This document shows positions 9,867 through 19,470 of a stretch of 64,000 nt of DNA, in pieces (position 1 is the stretch's first letter; each line of letters starts with the position of its first letter). A model generated the notes under the pieces. The model saw only the letters and a program-made list of their open reading frames with translations, did no database searches and had not been told where the DNA came from. The stretch covers positions 19,056-83,055 of the forward strand of contig JAGCXA010000023.1 of assembly GCA_017961575.1 (NCBI GenBank), given 5' to 3'. Origin of the DNA: Clostridia bacterium. GTDB lineage: Bacteria > Bacillota > Clostridia > Oscillospirales > CAG-272. The position numbers and the translations under genes are program-made.

Positions 9867-10875
9867 AGTAAGCGTCTGCGGGCTGGACGGCAAGCCCCAG
9901 CGCCGTGAAGAAGGCGTTGGCAGCCGTCATCATCTCCGTGCCGGAGATAAAGGTCAGGTTGCAGCGCGGGATCGCCTTTTTCGCAAGGGGAACTTTCGGC
10001 AGGATCCCGGCGTCGACGGCGTACTGCGCCGCTTCGTCGAGGTTGGCTTGATCCTTCATCCAATTGATCGACGCCTCGTATTCGGAGACGAGCGCGTCGA
10101 CGGTCGCTTTGTGCGCGTTCGCGAAATCTTTGGAAACGATCAGGCATCCCTGCACCAGCGGATCTTCGTCGACCTCGTTCCACGCCGCGGTCAGGTCGAG
10201 CGCGACGGTGAAGGTCTTCGTCCCGGTCTGGCTCGTCAGAGCGGTCGCTTTAGGCTCGGGGAGAAGGACGTAATGAACGTCGGCGTCGGCTTGCGCGCCT
10301 GCGTCGATCGTTTCGAGGTTGTACTTCATATTCAGATCGACGTTTTCGACTCCGTTCTCGTTCAGAATATGCTGCAGAACCAGTTTCGGCGCGTTTTCGG
10401 GAACGTAGACGGATTTACCGGAAAGGGACGACAGATCGTTTGCCGGGATCGTCGCGCCGTCGTCTGAGAGAAGATAGAGGACGCCGAGCGTGTTGATCGC
10501 AAACATCTGAAACGCGCGGTTTCCGACGCTTTTCGTAAACGTGGGGAACGCGTTTGTCGGAAGGGCGGCGAAATCGACGTCGCCTTTCGCGTAAGCCGCC
10601 ATGATCTCGGCGGGAGAGTTGTACTTCGTGAAGGTTCTCTTCGCGTCGTCCTTATGATCGGCGATCATTTTCGCAAGACCGAGCCCGGTCGTACCCGACA
10701 GATACCCGACGTTGACCGTCACGTCGTCGACGGTGTCGGATCCGGTCGAGTCGGGGACCGCGCTCGTATCAAGGGTCGTGGCGTCTGTGCCGTTCTGTTT
10801 TTCACAGGACGCGAAGGAGAAGACGGAGACGAGGATGAGTGCGAGCGCGAGGAGGAGGGTAAGTGCTTTTTTCAT
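9853..10875 (-). CDS. ABC transporter substrate-binding lipoprotein (NMT1/THI5-like)
   Basis: 340 aa. Signal peptide with lipobox FSFASC. First of three overlapping importer genes. Confidence 0.8.
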   Translation of the reverse strand: MKKALTLLLALALILVSVFSFASCEKQNGTDATTLDTSAVPDSTGSDTVDDVTVNVGYLSGTTGLGLAKMIADHKDDAKRTFTKYNSPAEIMAAYAKGDVDFAALPTNAFPTFTKSVGNRAFQMFAINTLGVLYLLSDDGATIPANDLSSLSGKSVYVPENAPKLVLQHILNENGVENVDLNMKYNLETIDAGAQADADVHYVLLPEPKATALTSQTGTKTFTVALDLTAAWNEVDEDPLVQGCLIVSKDFANAHKATVDALVSEYEASINWMKDQANLDEAAQYAVDAGILPKVPLAKKAIPRCNLTFISGTEMMTAANAFFTALGLAVQPADAYYGAR

Positions 10876-11558
10876 GACAGGATTCCTTTCAGTTCTTTGC
10901 CTTTTATGATTTGGATTTGATTGCCGTCTTTGGATATGATCCCGCGAGTGAGAAAAGAGGAAAGCGACCGGTAGAACGACGCGCGGGAAAGGTTCATCGT
11001 TCGGATCAGGGAGGTGACGTTTTTCAAGGTGGCGGACCCGTTTTCATCGGCTTCGTTCAGAAGAAGGCAGGCGGTCTTCTCGTCGCTTGTCGCCGCCGAG
11101 AAATCACGGACGCGCCGATTGAGAAAAACGAGTTTTTCGGAAAGAAAGCGGATATAGTTCAAAGACGCGGCGGGACAGGCGGAAAAGAGACGCGCGAGGT
11201 CTGTTTCGCGGACGACGGTCATTCGACCGTCGGTTTCCGCCACGATCTCCGTCGGCGCGCATTCCGATGTGAAAAGAGACGCCGCGCCGAAGCTGTCGCC
11301 CGCGCGCAGTCGGTTGATCAAAACCGGCTTTTCGCCACCCGTGCGGTATACGGAGACGCGCCCGGCGAGAAGGAAGAAGAGCCGACCGCCCGCCTCTCCC
11401 GCGCGAACGACGACGTCCCCTTCGGAAAAAGCGGAGCGTTCCGGGCGTAGAATCGCGAGCGCGTTTTCGCGCTCGGACTTCGTAAGACCGGAAAGCAGGA
11501 AGCAATCGACGGGGAAAAACGAGGATCCGATCTCTTTCGCGGTTTCGGAAATGCTCAT
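10872..11558 (-). CDS. Crp/Fnr-family transcriptional regulator (cNMP-binding + HTH)
   Basis: cNMP-binding fold (GDSFGAASLF...) and C-terminal HTH. Start moved to ATG 11558 (MSISETAKE), which has GGAGA 8 nt upstream. ATG 11582 lies only 8 nt from the -10 box. Stop overlaps the SBP start (ATGA). Confidence 0.8.
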   Translation of the reverse strand: MSISETAKEIGSSFFPVDCFLLSGLTKSERENALAILRPERSAFSEGDVVVRAGEAGGRLFFLLAGRVSVYRTGGEKPVLINRLRAGDSFGAASLFTSECAPTEIVAETDGRMTVVRETDLARLFSACPAASLNYIRFLSEKLVFLNRRVRDFSAATSDEKTACLLLNEADENGSATLKNVTSLIRTMNLSRASFYRSLSSFLTRGIISKDGNQIQIIKGKELKGILS

Positions 11559-11590
11559 CGTTTCGTCTCCAATGTGTCTCATTTGAGACT

Positions 11591-11619
11591 ATTATATTCG
11601 GCTTTTCCTTATTTGTCAA
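11591..11619 (-). promoter_or_regulatory. Sigma-70-type promoter for the crp-ABC operon
   Basis: Minus strand TTGACA - 17 nt - TATAAT. Confidence 0.6.
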
Positions 11620-11701
11620 GGATTTGATTGATATTTCTTTAAACTTTTTCAGATGCGGAAAACAAAAAATCGTGCGCTTTATGATAAAATCGCAAAATCT
11701 C

Positions 11702-11730
11702 TTGTTTTCTTTCGTTCTATATGCTATAAT
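11702..11730 (+). promoter_or_regulatory. Sigma-70-type promoter for cdaA
   Basis: TTGTTT - 17 nt - TATAAT, about 75 nt upstream of ATG 11805. Confidence 0.5.
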
Positions 11731-11804
11731 TATTTTACAAAAACAAACGAACTCAGACCGAGTGCGGGCGATTCGCCCGGAACGGGGTCAGAAGGAGTTT
11801 CCGA

Positions 11805-12695
11805 ATGCAGTTTTCTTTCTTGCTCGCAGGGGGACTTGACCGTTTCAAGGATTTTCTCCGCTATATCCCCACCCGCCTGTCACGGATGAATTTCTTCGAT
11901 ATACTCGATATCGTCTATCTTGCCGTCATACTCTTTTTCATTTTCATCTTTCTGCGGCAGAGACGGGTTTCGGGTTATCTGATCGGGATCGCTGTCTGGG
12001 CGGCGGCGTACGGCGTCAGTTCGATCCTTGATCTTCTCGCCGTGAAAACCGTGCTCGGCGCGGTTTTTGCCACCGGCGTGATCGCTCTGATCGTGATCTT
12101 TACCCCCGAGATCCGCGAGATGCTCGGTCGGATGGGTACGGATTCCTTCCGGGGGCTGAAAAGCAGGATCGTCGGCGACAAGCAGGGCGGGCAGGTTATT
12201 CACGACGAGTCTATCGACGCGGTCTGTCAGGCGGCGGTAGACCTTTCCCGTCTGAAAACCGGCGCGTTGATCGTTTTTCAGCGGAGCGATTCTCTTGAAG
12301 ACGTGATCCAGTCGGGCATTGAGCTCGACGCGAAGATCTCGCCCTATCTGATCCGCAATATTTTCTTCGACAAATCCCCGCTTCACGACGGCGCCGTCGT
12401 GATCCGCGATCACAGGATCTGCGCCGCCGGATGTCTCCTTCAACTTTCGCGCCGGAGCGACATCGATCCGTCGCTCGGAACCCGGCATCGCGCGGCGATC
12501 GGTATGAGCGAGAACAGCGACGCCGTGATCATCGTCGTGTCGGAGGAGACCGGGATCATTTCGGTCGCCTTCCGCCGGAAGATCACCCGCAATATGACCC
12601 TCTCGACCCTGAAAACTTTCCTGTATAAGACGATGCTGAATCAACTGGACGAGCAGACCGACGAAGAGAACGAGGAGATGGAACAGGATGGCTGA
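11805..12695 (+). CDS. cdaA: Diadenylate cyclase (c-di-AMP synthase), membrane-anchored
   Basis: N-terminal TM helices, then DisA_N motifs HDGAVVI, GTRHRAAIG, VSEETG. GAAGGAG RBS 7 nt before ATG 11805. Confidence 0.9.
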   Translation: MQFSFLLAGGLDRFKDFLRYIPTRLSRMNFFDILDIVYLAVILFFIFIFLRQRRVSGYLIGIAVWAAAYGVSSILDLLAVKTVLGAVFATGVIALIVIFTPEIREMLGRMGTDSFRGLKSRIVGDKQGGQVIHDESIDAVCQAAVDLSRLKTGALIVFQRSDSLEDVIQSGIELDAKISPYLIRNIFFDKSPLHDGAVVIRDHRICAAGCLLQLSRRSDIDPSLGTRHRAAIGMSENSDAVIIVVSEETGIISVAFRRKITRNMTLSTLKTFLYKTMLNQLDEQTDEENEEMEQDG

Positions 12696-12918
12696 TCTCG
12701 ACGAACGGCTGAAAAACGCCGACAAAGATAAAAACGATAAACCCGAGGAAAAACGGAGTCTCCGCATACTTTCGCAGGTGATCGCTCTGATTATCTGTCT
12801 TCTTCTCTCGTTCTCTGTGTGGCTTGTGGTTCACTACCGCGCCGACAAAACGAACGATCCTCCCGCAAACGACGGGGAAGCGAACGGCGGTTATTCGGAA
12901 ACACTTTCGGTTTTATGA
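12688..12918 (+). CDS. Small single-TM protein resembling only the N-terminal membrane anchor of CdaR/YbbR
   Basis: 76 aa. Charged N-terminus, then LRILSQVIALIICLLLSFSVWLVV. Start overlaps the cdaA stop by 8 nt; stop overlaps the next start (ATGA). Confidence 0.5.
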   Translation: MADLDERLKNADKDKNDKPEEKRSLRILSQVIALIICLLLSFSVWLVVHYRADKTNDPPANDGEANGGYSETLSVL

Positions 12919-14513
12919 CCTATCTTGTCAACGATATCGTGCTTCCCCTTGACTTTGTCGAAGGGGAAGCATTTTCAAAAGCGTCGGCGCGTCTTGTCTC
13001 CGCCGGTATTGTTCCGCCGCGCGACGTGCGCTATTCGCTGTTTCGGCGTTCGGTCGACGCGCGGAGACGCGACGACGTCCGCTTTACCGTGTCGGTTCTC
13101 TGCGAGGGCGATCTTCCCGTTCGCCCGGACGACGTTCTGAAACGCAATCGCATCTCCGTAAAACGCGAGGAGGTTCTTTCCCCCTCCGCGCCCGATCGGA
13201 AGTTGTCGGAGCGTCCCGTCGTCGTCGGAAGCGGACCGGCGGGTCTTTTCGCCGCGCTTCTTCTGTCGGAGAACGGGTACAGACCGATCGTTTTAGAAAA
13301 AGGCGGGTCGCTCTCCGAGCGGATCGCAGCCGTTGAAACCTTCCGGAAAAGAAGGGTCCTCGACCCCACGACCAATATCCAGTTCGGCGCGGGCGGCGCC
13401 GGAACCTTCTCTGACGGAAAACTCGTGACCAGGATCAACGATCCCGCCGTTTCGCTCGTGATGCGTCGGTTCGTTTCGTTCGGCGCTCCGCCTGAGATCC
13501 TCACGCAGGCGCGTCCGCACGTCGGCACCGACCTGCTTCGCGACGTGCTTTCTCGTATGATCTCGTATCTTGAAGAGAAGGGAACGGAGTTTCTCTATCA
13601 CACGGAAGTGAAAGCCGTGAAAACGGATGGGCGCAGCGCCGTTTCTGTTATAACCGACGCGGGAGAGATCCCCTGCGGGGCGCTCGTCATCGCCGTCGGG
13701 AACAGCGCGTCCGAATTGTTTCTTCGCTTGCTCTCCGACGGTTTTCCCGTTGAACCGAAACCCTTCTCGGTCGGAATGCGGATCGAACATCCGCAGGAGA
13801 TGATCGACCGTGCGCTCTACGGGAAGTTCGCCGGACACCCCGCGCTCGGGCACGCCGAGTACAACCTTTCCTGCGATACCGATTCCCGCGGCGTCTATAC
13901 CTTCTGTATGTGTCCGGGCGGCGAGGTCGTTCCCGGCGCGAGCGAGGAGGGAACCGTCGTCGTCAACGGAATGTCCTATCACGCGCGGAGCGGCAGAAAC
14001 GCCAATTCCGCCGTCTGCGTGTCGGTTTTTACCGACGATTACGGAAACACGCCCCGTGGGGCGATCGAGTTCCGGCAGAAGATCGAGCGCGCCGCGTTCT
14101 GGGCGGGCGGCGGAAGATACGCCGCGCCCGCTGTCACGGCGTCGGATCTTCTTGCGGGGCGCGCCGTCCGCCCCGTCGGTTCGGTTTTGCCGACCTATCT
14201 TGACGGCGACGTTCGCATTGCCGATCCTGCGGAGTATCTTCCCGCGTTCATCACCGAAGGGCTTCGTCGGGGCGTTTTCGCGTTCGACCGTAGAATCCCC
14301 GGTTTCGCCTCCGGCGACGCGATCCTGACGGGACCGGAAACCAGGACGAGTTCGCCCGTGCGCATCCGGCGCGACGAAAACGCCGTACTGCTCGGGTTCG
14401 ACAATATCTATCCCTGCGGCGAGGGCGCCGGTTACGCGGGAGGGATCACCTCTTCCGCATCCGACGGCTGCCGCGTCGCCGTCTCGCTGATGTCGCGGTA
14501 CGCCGCGATCTGA
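12915..14513 (+). CDS. FAD-dependent protein (uncharacterised NAD(FAD)-utilising dehydrogenase, COG2509-like)
   Basis: Rossmann motif VVVGSGPAGLFAA. Start taken at ATG 12915 (MTYLVNDIVLP); the track's 12819 start would overlap the small ORF. Confidence 0.8.
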   Translation: MTYLVNDIVLPLDFVEGEAFSKASARLVSAGIVPPRDVRYSLFRRSVDARRRDDVRFTVSVLCEGDLPVRPDDVLKRNRISVKREEVLSPSAPDRKLSERPVVVGSGPAGLFAALLLSENGYRPIVLEKGGSLSERIAAVETFRKRRVLDPTTNIQFGAGGAGTFSDGKLVTRINDPAVSLVMRRFVSFGAPPEILTQARPHVGTDLLRDVLSRMISYLEEKGTEFLYHTEVKAVKTDGRSAVSVITDAGEIPCGALVIAVGNSASELFLRLLSDGFPVEPKPFSVGMRIEHPQEMIDRALYGKFAGHPALGHAEYNLSCDTDSRGVYTFCMCPGGEVVPGASEEGTVVVNGMSYHARSGRNANSAVCVSVFTDDYGNTPRGAIEFRQKIERAAFWAGGGRYAAPAVTASDLLAGRAVRPVGSVLPTYLDGDVRIADPAEYLPAFITEGLRRGVFAFDRRIPGFASGDAILTGPETRTSSPVRIRRDENAVLLGFDNIYPCGEGAGYAGGITSSASDGCRVAVSLMSRYAAI

Positions 14514-14565
14514 GACTTTTCAACGATTATTAAGGAAGGCAGAGCCATCTGCTCGCACGTTCAAT

Positions 14566-16761
14566 ATGAGTTCCGCATTTTATGAAATCGGCGGAGAGAA
14601 GAAATGGCGCGTTCTCGACGACGACTCGCAGGAGGCGGTCGAGGGTAAACAGGCGTTGACGCACACGCTCGGGATCAATCCCGTCGTTTCGCGTCTGCTC
14701 TGGAACCGCGGTTACCGTACTCCGGACGACGCCAAAGCGTACTTCTCCCTCGCCAACGAGATGCTCGGAGATCCCTTCGTTCTGACCGATATGGACAGAG
14801 CCGTCGAACGGGTCTGTCGGGCGCTCTCGTCGCACGAAAAAATCACGGTCTACGGAGATTACGACGTGGACGGCGTGACCAGCGTCACGGCGTTGCTTCT
14901 ATATCTGCGCGAGAAGGGCGGGGAGGTCGATTATTTCATCCCCAACCGTTTCGGCGACGGATACGGGGTCAGCGACGCGGCGGTCACGCAGCTTGCCGGA
15001 AACGGCACGAAACTGATCGTGACGGTCGATACCGGGATCACGGCGAATCGCGAGGTCGAGACGGCGAAAGCCCTCGGCGTCGATTTCATCGTGACCGATC
15101 ACCACGAATGCGCGGGAGACCTCCCGGACGCCTACGCCGTCGTCAATCCGCACCGTCCCGATTGTCCGTATCCTTTTAAGGATCTGGCGGGCGTCGGCGT
15201 CGTTTTCAAACTGCTCTGCGCGCTGGAAGAAAAACTGACCGGAGCGGATCGGATCACGGCGGTCAATACGGTCGCCCTGTCCTGCGCCGATCTGATCGCC
15301 GTCGGGACGATCGCAGACGTGATGCCGATCGTCGGCGAGAACCGACTGATCGTCAAACTCGGTCTCGATCTGATCTCCCGCCGTCCGCGTCCGTCCATTT
15401 CCGCTCTGATCGAATTGGTCGGAGCGAAGGGCGATCAGAGAGACCAACAGAAAAAGAAGAAGCCGCAAAAGATCACCTCCTCGTTCATCGGCTTTACCGT
15501 CGCTCCCCGGATCAACGCCGTGGGGCGCGTCCGTTCCGCCACCCTTGCCGTCGAGTTTCTCCTTTCGGACGATCCCTCGCGTGCCCGCGAATACGCAGAG
15601 GTGCTCTGCGACGCGAACAGGGAACGGCAGGAGGAGGAGAACCGGATCGTCCGCGACGCCTTCGCCATGATCGAGGCGGAACACGATTTCGGACGCGATC
15701 CCGTGATCGTCCTCTCGTCCGACGAATGGCATCACGGCGTCATCGGGATCGTCGCTTCGCGCATCACCGAACGCTACGGGCTTCCGACCATCCTCGTTTC
15801 CTTCGAGGGAGGCGACGATCCCTATCCGTCGCCCGACGACGTGGGGAAGGGGTCGGGACGAAGCGTCAAGGGACTCAATCTCTTCGACGCGCTCTCCTCC
15901 TGCGAAGATCTGCTCGTCAAGTACGGCGGGCACGAACTCGCCGCGGGGCTCTCGGTCCGGCGGGGCGATTTCTCCGATTTCCGCGAGCGCATCAACGACT
16001 ACGCCAGAGAGCGCCTGACCCGCGAAGCGCTCATCCCGACGATCGACGCCGACTGTGAGTTGACGGGGGATGAACTGACGCTCGGGCTTGCCGCCGAGAT
16101 CGAGCGGATGGAGCCCTTCGGGGTCGGCAACCCCACGCCCTGCTTCGTTTCCAGAGATCTGATCGTCCGCGAGATTTACCCGATCAGCGGCGGAAAGCAC
16201 ACGAAACTCCTCGTCGGAGCGGGCGACGCGACGTTCGAGGCGATGTGCTTCCGGATGAGTGAATCCGCGCTCGATCTCTACGTCGGCGAGAAGATCGATC
16301 TGCTCTATACGCTCGGCGTCAACGAATATGCCGGACGCCGGTCTCTCCAAATGATCGTGAAGGACCGCCGCCCCTCGGACGACGCCGCGGACCGTTTCCG
16401 TACCGAGCGGGACGCGCTTTCAGCGTTCCTTGACGGAAAAGATCCCTCGGGGGTCGAGATCCCCGTGCCCGATCGACGCGACTTCGCCGCGGTTTACCGA
16501 CTGCTCCGCGAGACCGCGTCGATGGGCGAACGCTTCTTTCCCGTGCGTTCGATGCTTTCGCGTCTGACGTCCGATCCCTCGCTTCCGTTCGGGTACCTGA
16601 AACTCGGATTGATCCTTCACGTGTTCGCGGAATCGGGGATCATCACGCTGAAAGAAGAAGGGAAAGACCTGTATGCGGTCGACCTTTGCAAAACCGAAGG
16701 GAAAGTCGATCTTGAACAATCGCCTCTCCTTTCCCGGATAAAACTGCTTGCCTCGCATTGA
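14566..16761 (+). CDS. recJ: Single-stranded-DNA-specific exonuclease RecJ
   Basis: 731 aa. DHH-family motifs DYDVDGVTS, TVDTGIT, VTDHHE, plus a DHHA1 region. Confidence 0.9.
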   Translation: MSSAFYEIGGEKKWRVLDDDSQEAVEGKQALTHTLGINPVVSRLLWNRGYRTPDDAKAYFSLANEMLGDPFVLTDMDRAVERVCRALSSHEKITVYGDYDVDGVTSVTALLLYLREKGGEVDYFIPNRFGDGYGVSDAAVTQLAGNGTKLIVTVDTGITANREVETAKALGVDFIVTDHHECAGDLPDAYAVVNPHRPDCPYPFKDLAGVGVVFKLLCALEEKLTGADRITAVNTVALSCADLIAVGTIADVMPIVGENRLIVKLGLDLISRRPRPSISALIELVGAKGDQRDQQKKKKPQKITSSFIGFTVAPRINAVGRVRSATLAVEFLLSDDPSRAREYAEVLCDANRERQEEENRIVRDAFAMIEAEHDFGRDPVIVLSSDEWHHGVIGIVASRITERYGLPTILVSFEGGDDPYPSPDDVGKGSGRSVKGLNLFDALSSCEDLLVKYGGHELAAGLSVRRGDFSDFRERINDYARERLTREALIPTIDADCELTGDELTLGLAAEIERMEPFGVGNPTPCFVSRDLIVREIYPISGGKHTKLLVGAGDATFEAMCFRMSESALDLYVGEKIDLLYTLGVNEYAGRRSLQMIVKDRRPSDDAADRFRTERDALSAFLDGKDPSGVEIPVPDRRDFAAVYRLLRETASMGERFFPVRSMLSRLTSDPSLPFGYLKLGLILHVFAESGIITLKEEGKDLYAVDLCKTEGKVDLEQSPLLSRIKLLASH

Positions 16762-16772
16762 CGGGGAGAAAA

Positions 16773-19001
16773 ATGGGAGAACGTATGTACGAACGAATCA
16801 GCAATCTGCTTTCCATCCTGAAAAACAGCGGAAAACAGTACGACGTCGAGAAAATCAAGGAGGCGTATACCTACGCCGCCGATCTTCACGAGGGGCAGTT
16901 CCGCCAGAGCGGAGAGCCCTATATCAGTCATCCCGTCGCCGTCGCCGAGATCGTCGCGGAGATGGGACTCGATACCGACTCCATCTGCGCCGCGCTCCTG
17001 CACGATACGGTTGAGGACTGCTCCGACAAAACGAACGTGAGTCTCATCGGTCAGAAGTTCGGGAGCGAGGTCGCGCTTCTCGTCGACGGGCTGACGAAGA
17101 TCGTCGTGGTTTCCGTGGCGGATAAAGAGGAACAGCATATCGAGAACATCCGCAAGATGCTTCTCGCGATGACGAAGGACATCCGGGTCATTTTCATCAA
17201 GTTCTGCGACCGCCTGCACAATCTGCGTACCCTGTCGGCAAAACGCGAGGATCGGCAGCGCGACATCGCCCTCGAAACGATGTACGTCTACGCTCCTCTC
17301 GCGCACCGCCTCGGTATGCAGAAGATCAAGCAGGAACTCGAAAACCTCTCGCTCTCCTATCTCGACCCGATCGGATACAACGAGATCAACGACTCGATCC
17401 GTCAGAAATACGGGAAGAGCCAGGACCTGATCGAGAAGGCGAAACAGATGATCGAAAAACGGCTCTCCGAGAGCAACATCCGTTTCACGCTGGAAGGGCG
17501 GGTCAAAACGGTCTATTCGATCTATCGCAAGATGTATAACCAAAACAAGAGTCTGGATGAGATCTACGATTTTTACGCTCTGCGCATCATCGTCGATACC
17601 GAACTCGAGTGTTATACCGTACTCGGATTGATCCACGAGATGTTCAACTCGATCCCCGGCCGCTTCAAGGACTATATTTCCACGCCGAAACCGAATATGT
17701 ACCGTTCGCTCCACACGACGGTCATCGGACACGACGGCATCCCGTTCGAGGTTCAGATCCGCACCTACGAGATGCATCAGGTGGCGGAATACGGTATCGC
17801 GGCGCATTGGAAGTATAAGTCGGGCGAAACGTCGAAGGAGGACATCGACGAGAAACTGCGCTGGATTTCGAGTCTGCTCGAAGCAGACGACAGCACCCGC
17901 GACCCCGACGAGTTCATGCGCTCGTTCAAGACCGATATATTCCACGACGAGACCTTCGTTTTTACGCCGAAGGGCGACGTGATCTCGCTTCCCCTCGGAT
18001 CGACCGTCATCGACTTTGCCTACGCGATCCATTCCGCCGTCGGGAACAAGATGGTCGGCGCGAAGATCAACGGGATGATCGTCCCGATCGACCGCGTGCC
18101 GCAGAACGGCGAGATCGTCGAGATCATCACCTCGAACGCCTCGAAAGGTCCGAGCCGCGACTGGTTGAAGATCGTCAAGACCGGGGAAGCCAAGAATAAG
18201 ATCCGCTCCTGGTTCAAAAAAGAACAGAGAGCCGAGAACATCGAACTCGGCAAGGAGGAAGTCGACAAGGAACTCCGCCGTTACGGCCGTCCGTTTACCG
18301 AAGCCGACCGCCTGCAAATCGTCGAGAACGTCTCGCACCGTCTCGGGATCCAGGGCGCCGACGATCTCTACAACACCGTCGGGTTCGGCGGGCTTTCGAT
18401 CTCGCGTCTTTCGACGCGGCTCCGCGACGAGTTCGACCGGATCGTTCCGCAGATCGAATCCGAGGAAAAGACCGAAGAGACGGTTCCCGTCACGCCCGGA
18501 AAACCGCACAATCTTAAAAACAGCAGCGGCGTCGTGATCGACGGAGAGTACGGGTGCGAGGTCAAGTTCGCGAAGTGCTGTAACCCGCTGCCCGGCGACG
18601 ACATCATCGGGTTCGTTACCCGCGGCTACGGTATCTCGATCCATAAGATCGACTGCCCGAAGGTGATCGAGAACCGCGCGAAGGAGGAGTACTCCGGCAG
18701 ATGGGTCAACGCCTCCTGGGAGAACGCGCTCGGGACGGGCGGGGACGAACGCGGTATCTACGAGGCGAACCTGCAGATCCGCGTCCGGAACGAGATGGGC
18801 GTGCTCGCCGACATCACAAAGGCGCTCGCCGATATGAAGGTCTTCGTTCTCAGCGTTTCGTCCACGCCGAAGTCGGGGGCGGATACCGCCGTTCTGAACC
18901 TTAAAGTCGGGTGCCGGAGCGTCGAACACTTCTATTCCATCGTTTCCAAATTGAGGACCGTCAACGCGGTCGAGTCGGTCGCGCGCGGATACGGAGGATA
19001 A
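16773..19001 (+). CDS. relA: Bifunctional (p)ppGpp synthetase/hydrolase (RelA/SpoT homologue)
   Basis: HD hydrolase (HDTVED), synthetase (RFKDYISTPKPNMYRSLHTTV), TGS and ACT regions. The track ORF starts at TTG 16758; ATG 16773 has GGGGAG upstream, so the start is uncertain by 5 codons. Confidence 0.9.
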   Translation: MGERMYERISNLLSILKNSGKQYDVEKIKEAYTYAADLHEGQFRQSGEPYISHPVAVAEIVAEMGLDTDSICAALLHDTVEDCSDKTNVSLIGQKFGSEVALLVDGLTKIVVVSVADKEEQHIENIRKMLLAMTKDIRVIFIKFCDRLHNLRTLSAKREDRQRDIALETMYVYAPLAHRLGMQKIKQELENLSLSYLDPIGYNEINDSIRQKYGKSQDLIEKAKQMIEKRLSESNIRFTLEGRVKTVYSIYRKMYNQNKSLDEIYDFYALRIIVDTELECYTVLGLIHEMFNSIPGRFKDYISTPKPNMYRSLHTTVIGHDGIPFEVQIRTYEMHQVAEYGIAAHWKYKSGETSKEDIDEKLRWISSLLEADDSTRDPDEFMRSFKTDIFHDETFVFTPKGDVISLPLGSTVIDFAYAIHSAVGNKMVGAKINGMIVPIDRVPQNGEIVEIITSNASKGPSRDWLKIVKTGEAKNKIRSWFKKEQRAENIELGKEEVDKELRRYGRPFTEADRLQIVENVSHRLGIQGADDLYNTVGFGGLSISRLSTRLRDEFDRIVPQIESEEKTEETVPVTPGKPHNLKNSSGVVIDGEYGCEVKFAKCCNPLPGDDIIGFVTRGYGISIHKIDCPKVIENRAKEEYSGRWVNASWENALGTGGDERGIYEANLQIRVRNEMGVLADITKALADMKVFVLSVSSTPKSGADTAVLNLKVGCRSVEHFYSIVSKLRTVNAVESVARGYGG

Positions 19002-19005
19002 ACCG

Positions 19006-19470
19006 ATGATCGCCGTGATCCAACGGGTCAAAAAGACCTCGCTTACCTCCGACGGCAAACCGTATTCCGAGATTTCGCACGGCTTTCTCGTTCTGCTCGG
19101 CGTACTGTCCGGCGACGACGAAACCGACGCGAGACTACTTGCGGACAAGATCGCGAAACTGCGCGTTCTCTCGGATGAAAACGGAAAAATGAACCGCTCT
19201 CTGTCGGACGTCGGCGGGGAAGTGATGGTCGTTTCCAATTTTACGCTTGCGGCGAACTATCGCCACGGCAACCGCCCGGATTTTCTCCGTGCGGCGCCCC
19301 CGGAAGAGGCGGATCGGCTCTACCGGCTCTTCATTGATTTCATATCCCTGTCGGGGATTCCGACCGTTTCGGGCGTGTTCGGAGCCGATATGCAGATTAC
19401 AACGACGGCAGACGGACCGATCACGATCGTGATGGACTCCGCCGTGCTGAGAAAGGAACCGAAGCAATGA
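19006..19470 (+). CDS. dtd: D-aminoacyl-tRNA deacylase
   Basis: 154 aa. MIAVIQRV...SNFTLAAN..HGNRPDF, typical of Dtd. Confidence 0.9.
   Translation: MIAVIQRVKKTSLTSDGKPYSEISHGFLVLLGVLSGDDETDARLLADKIAKLRVLSDENGKMNRSLSDVGGEVMVVSNFTLAANYRHGNRPDFLRAAPPEEADRLYRLFIDFISLSGIPTVSGVFGADMQITTTADGPITIVMDSAVLRKEPKQ

Noticed and set aside
16617-19238. 873-aa minus-strand ORF covering all of relA
   Set aside because: It is the codon-aligned antisense frame of relA: both use triplets starting at positions divisible by 3. That frame only acquires stops from sense TTA, CTA or TCA codons, which this GC-rich gene avoids. The product is Arg/Asp/Val-rich low-complexity sequence with no motifs, while the sense strand encodes a complete RelA/SpoT.
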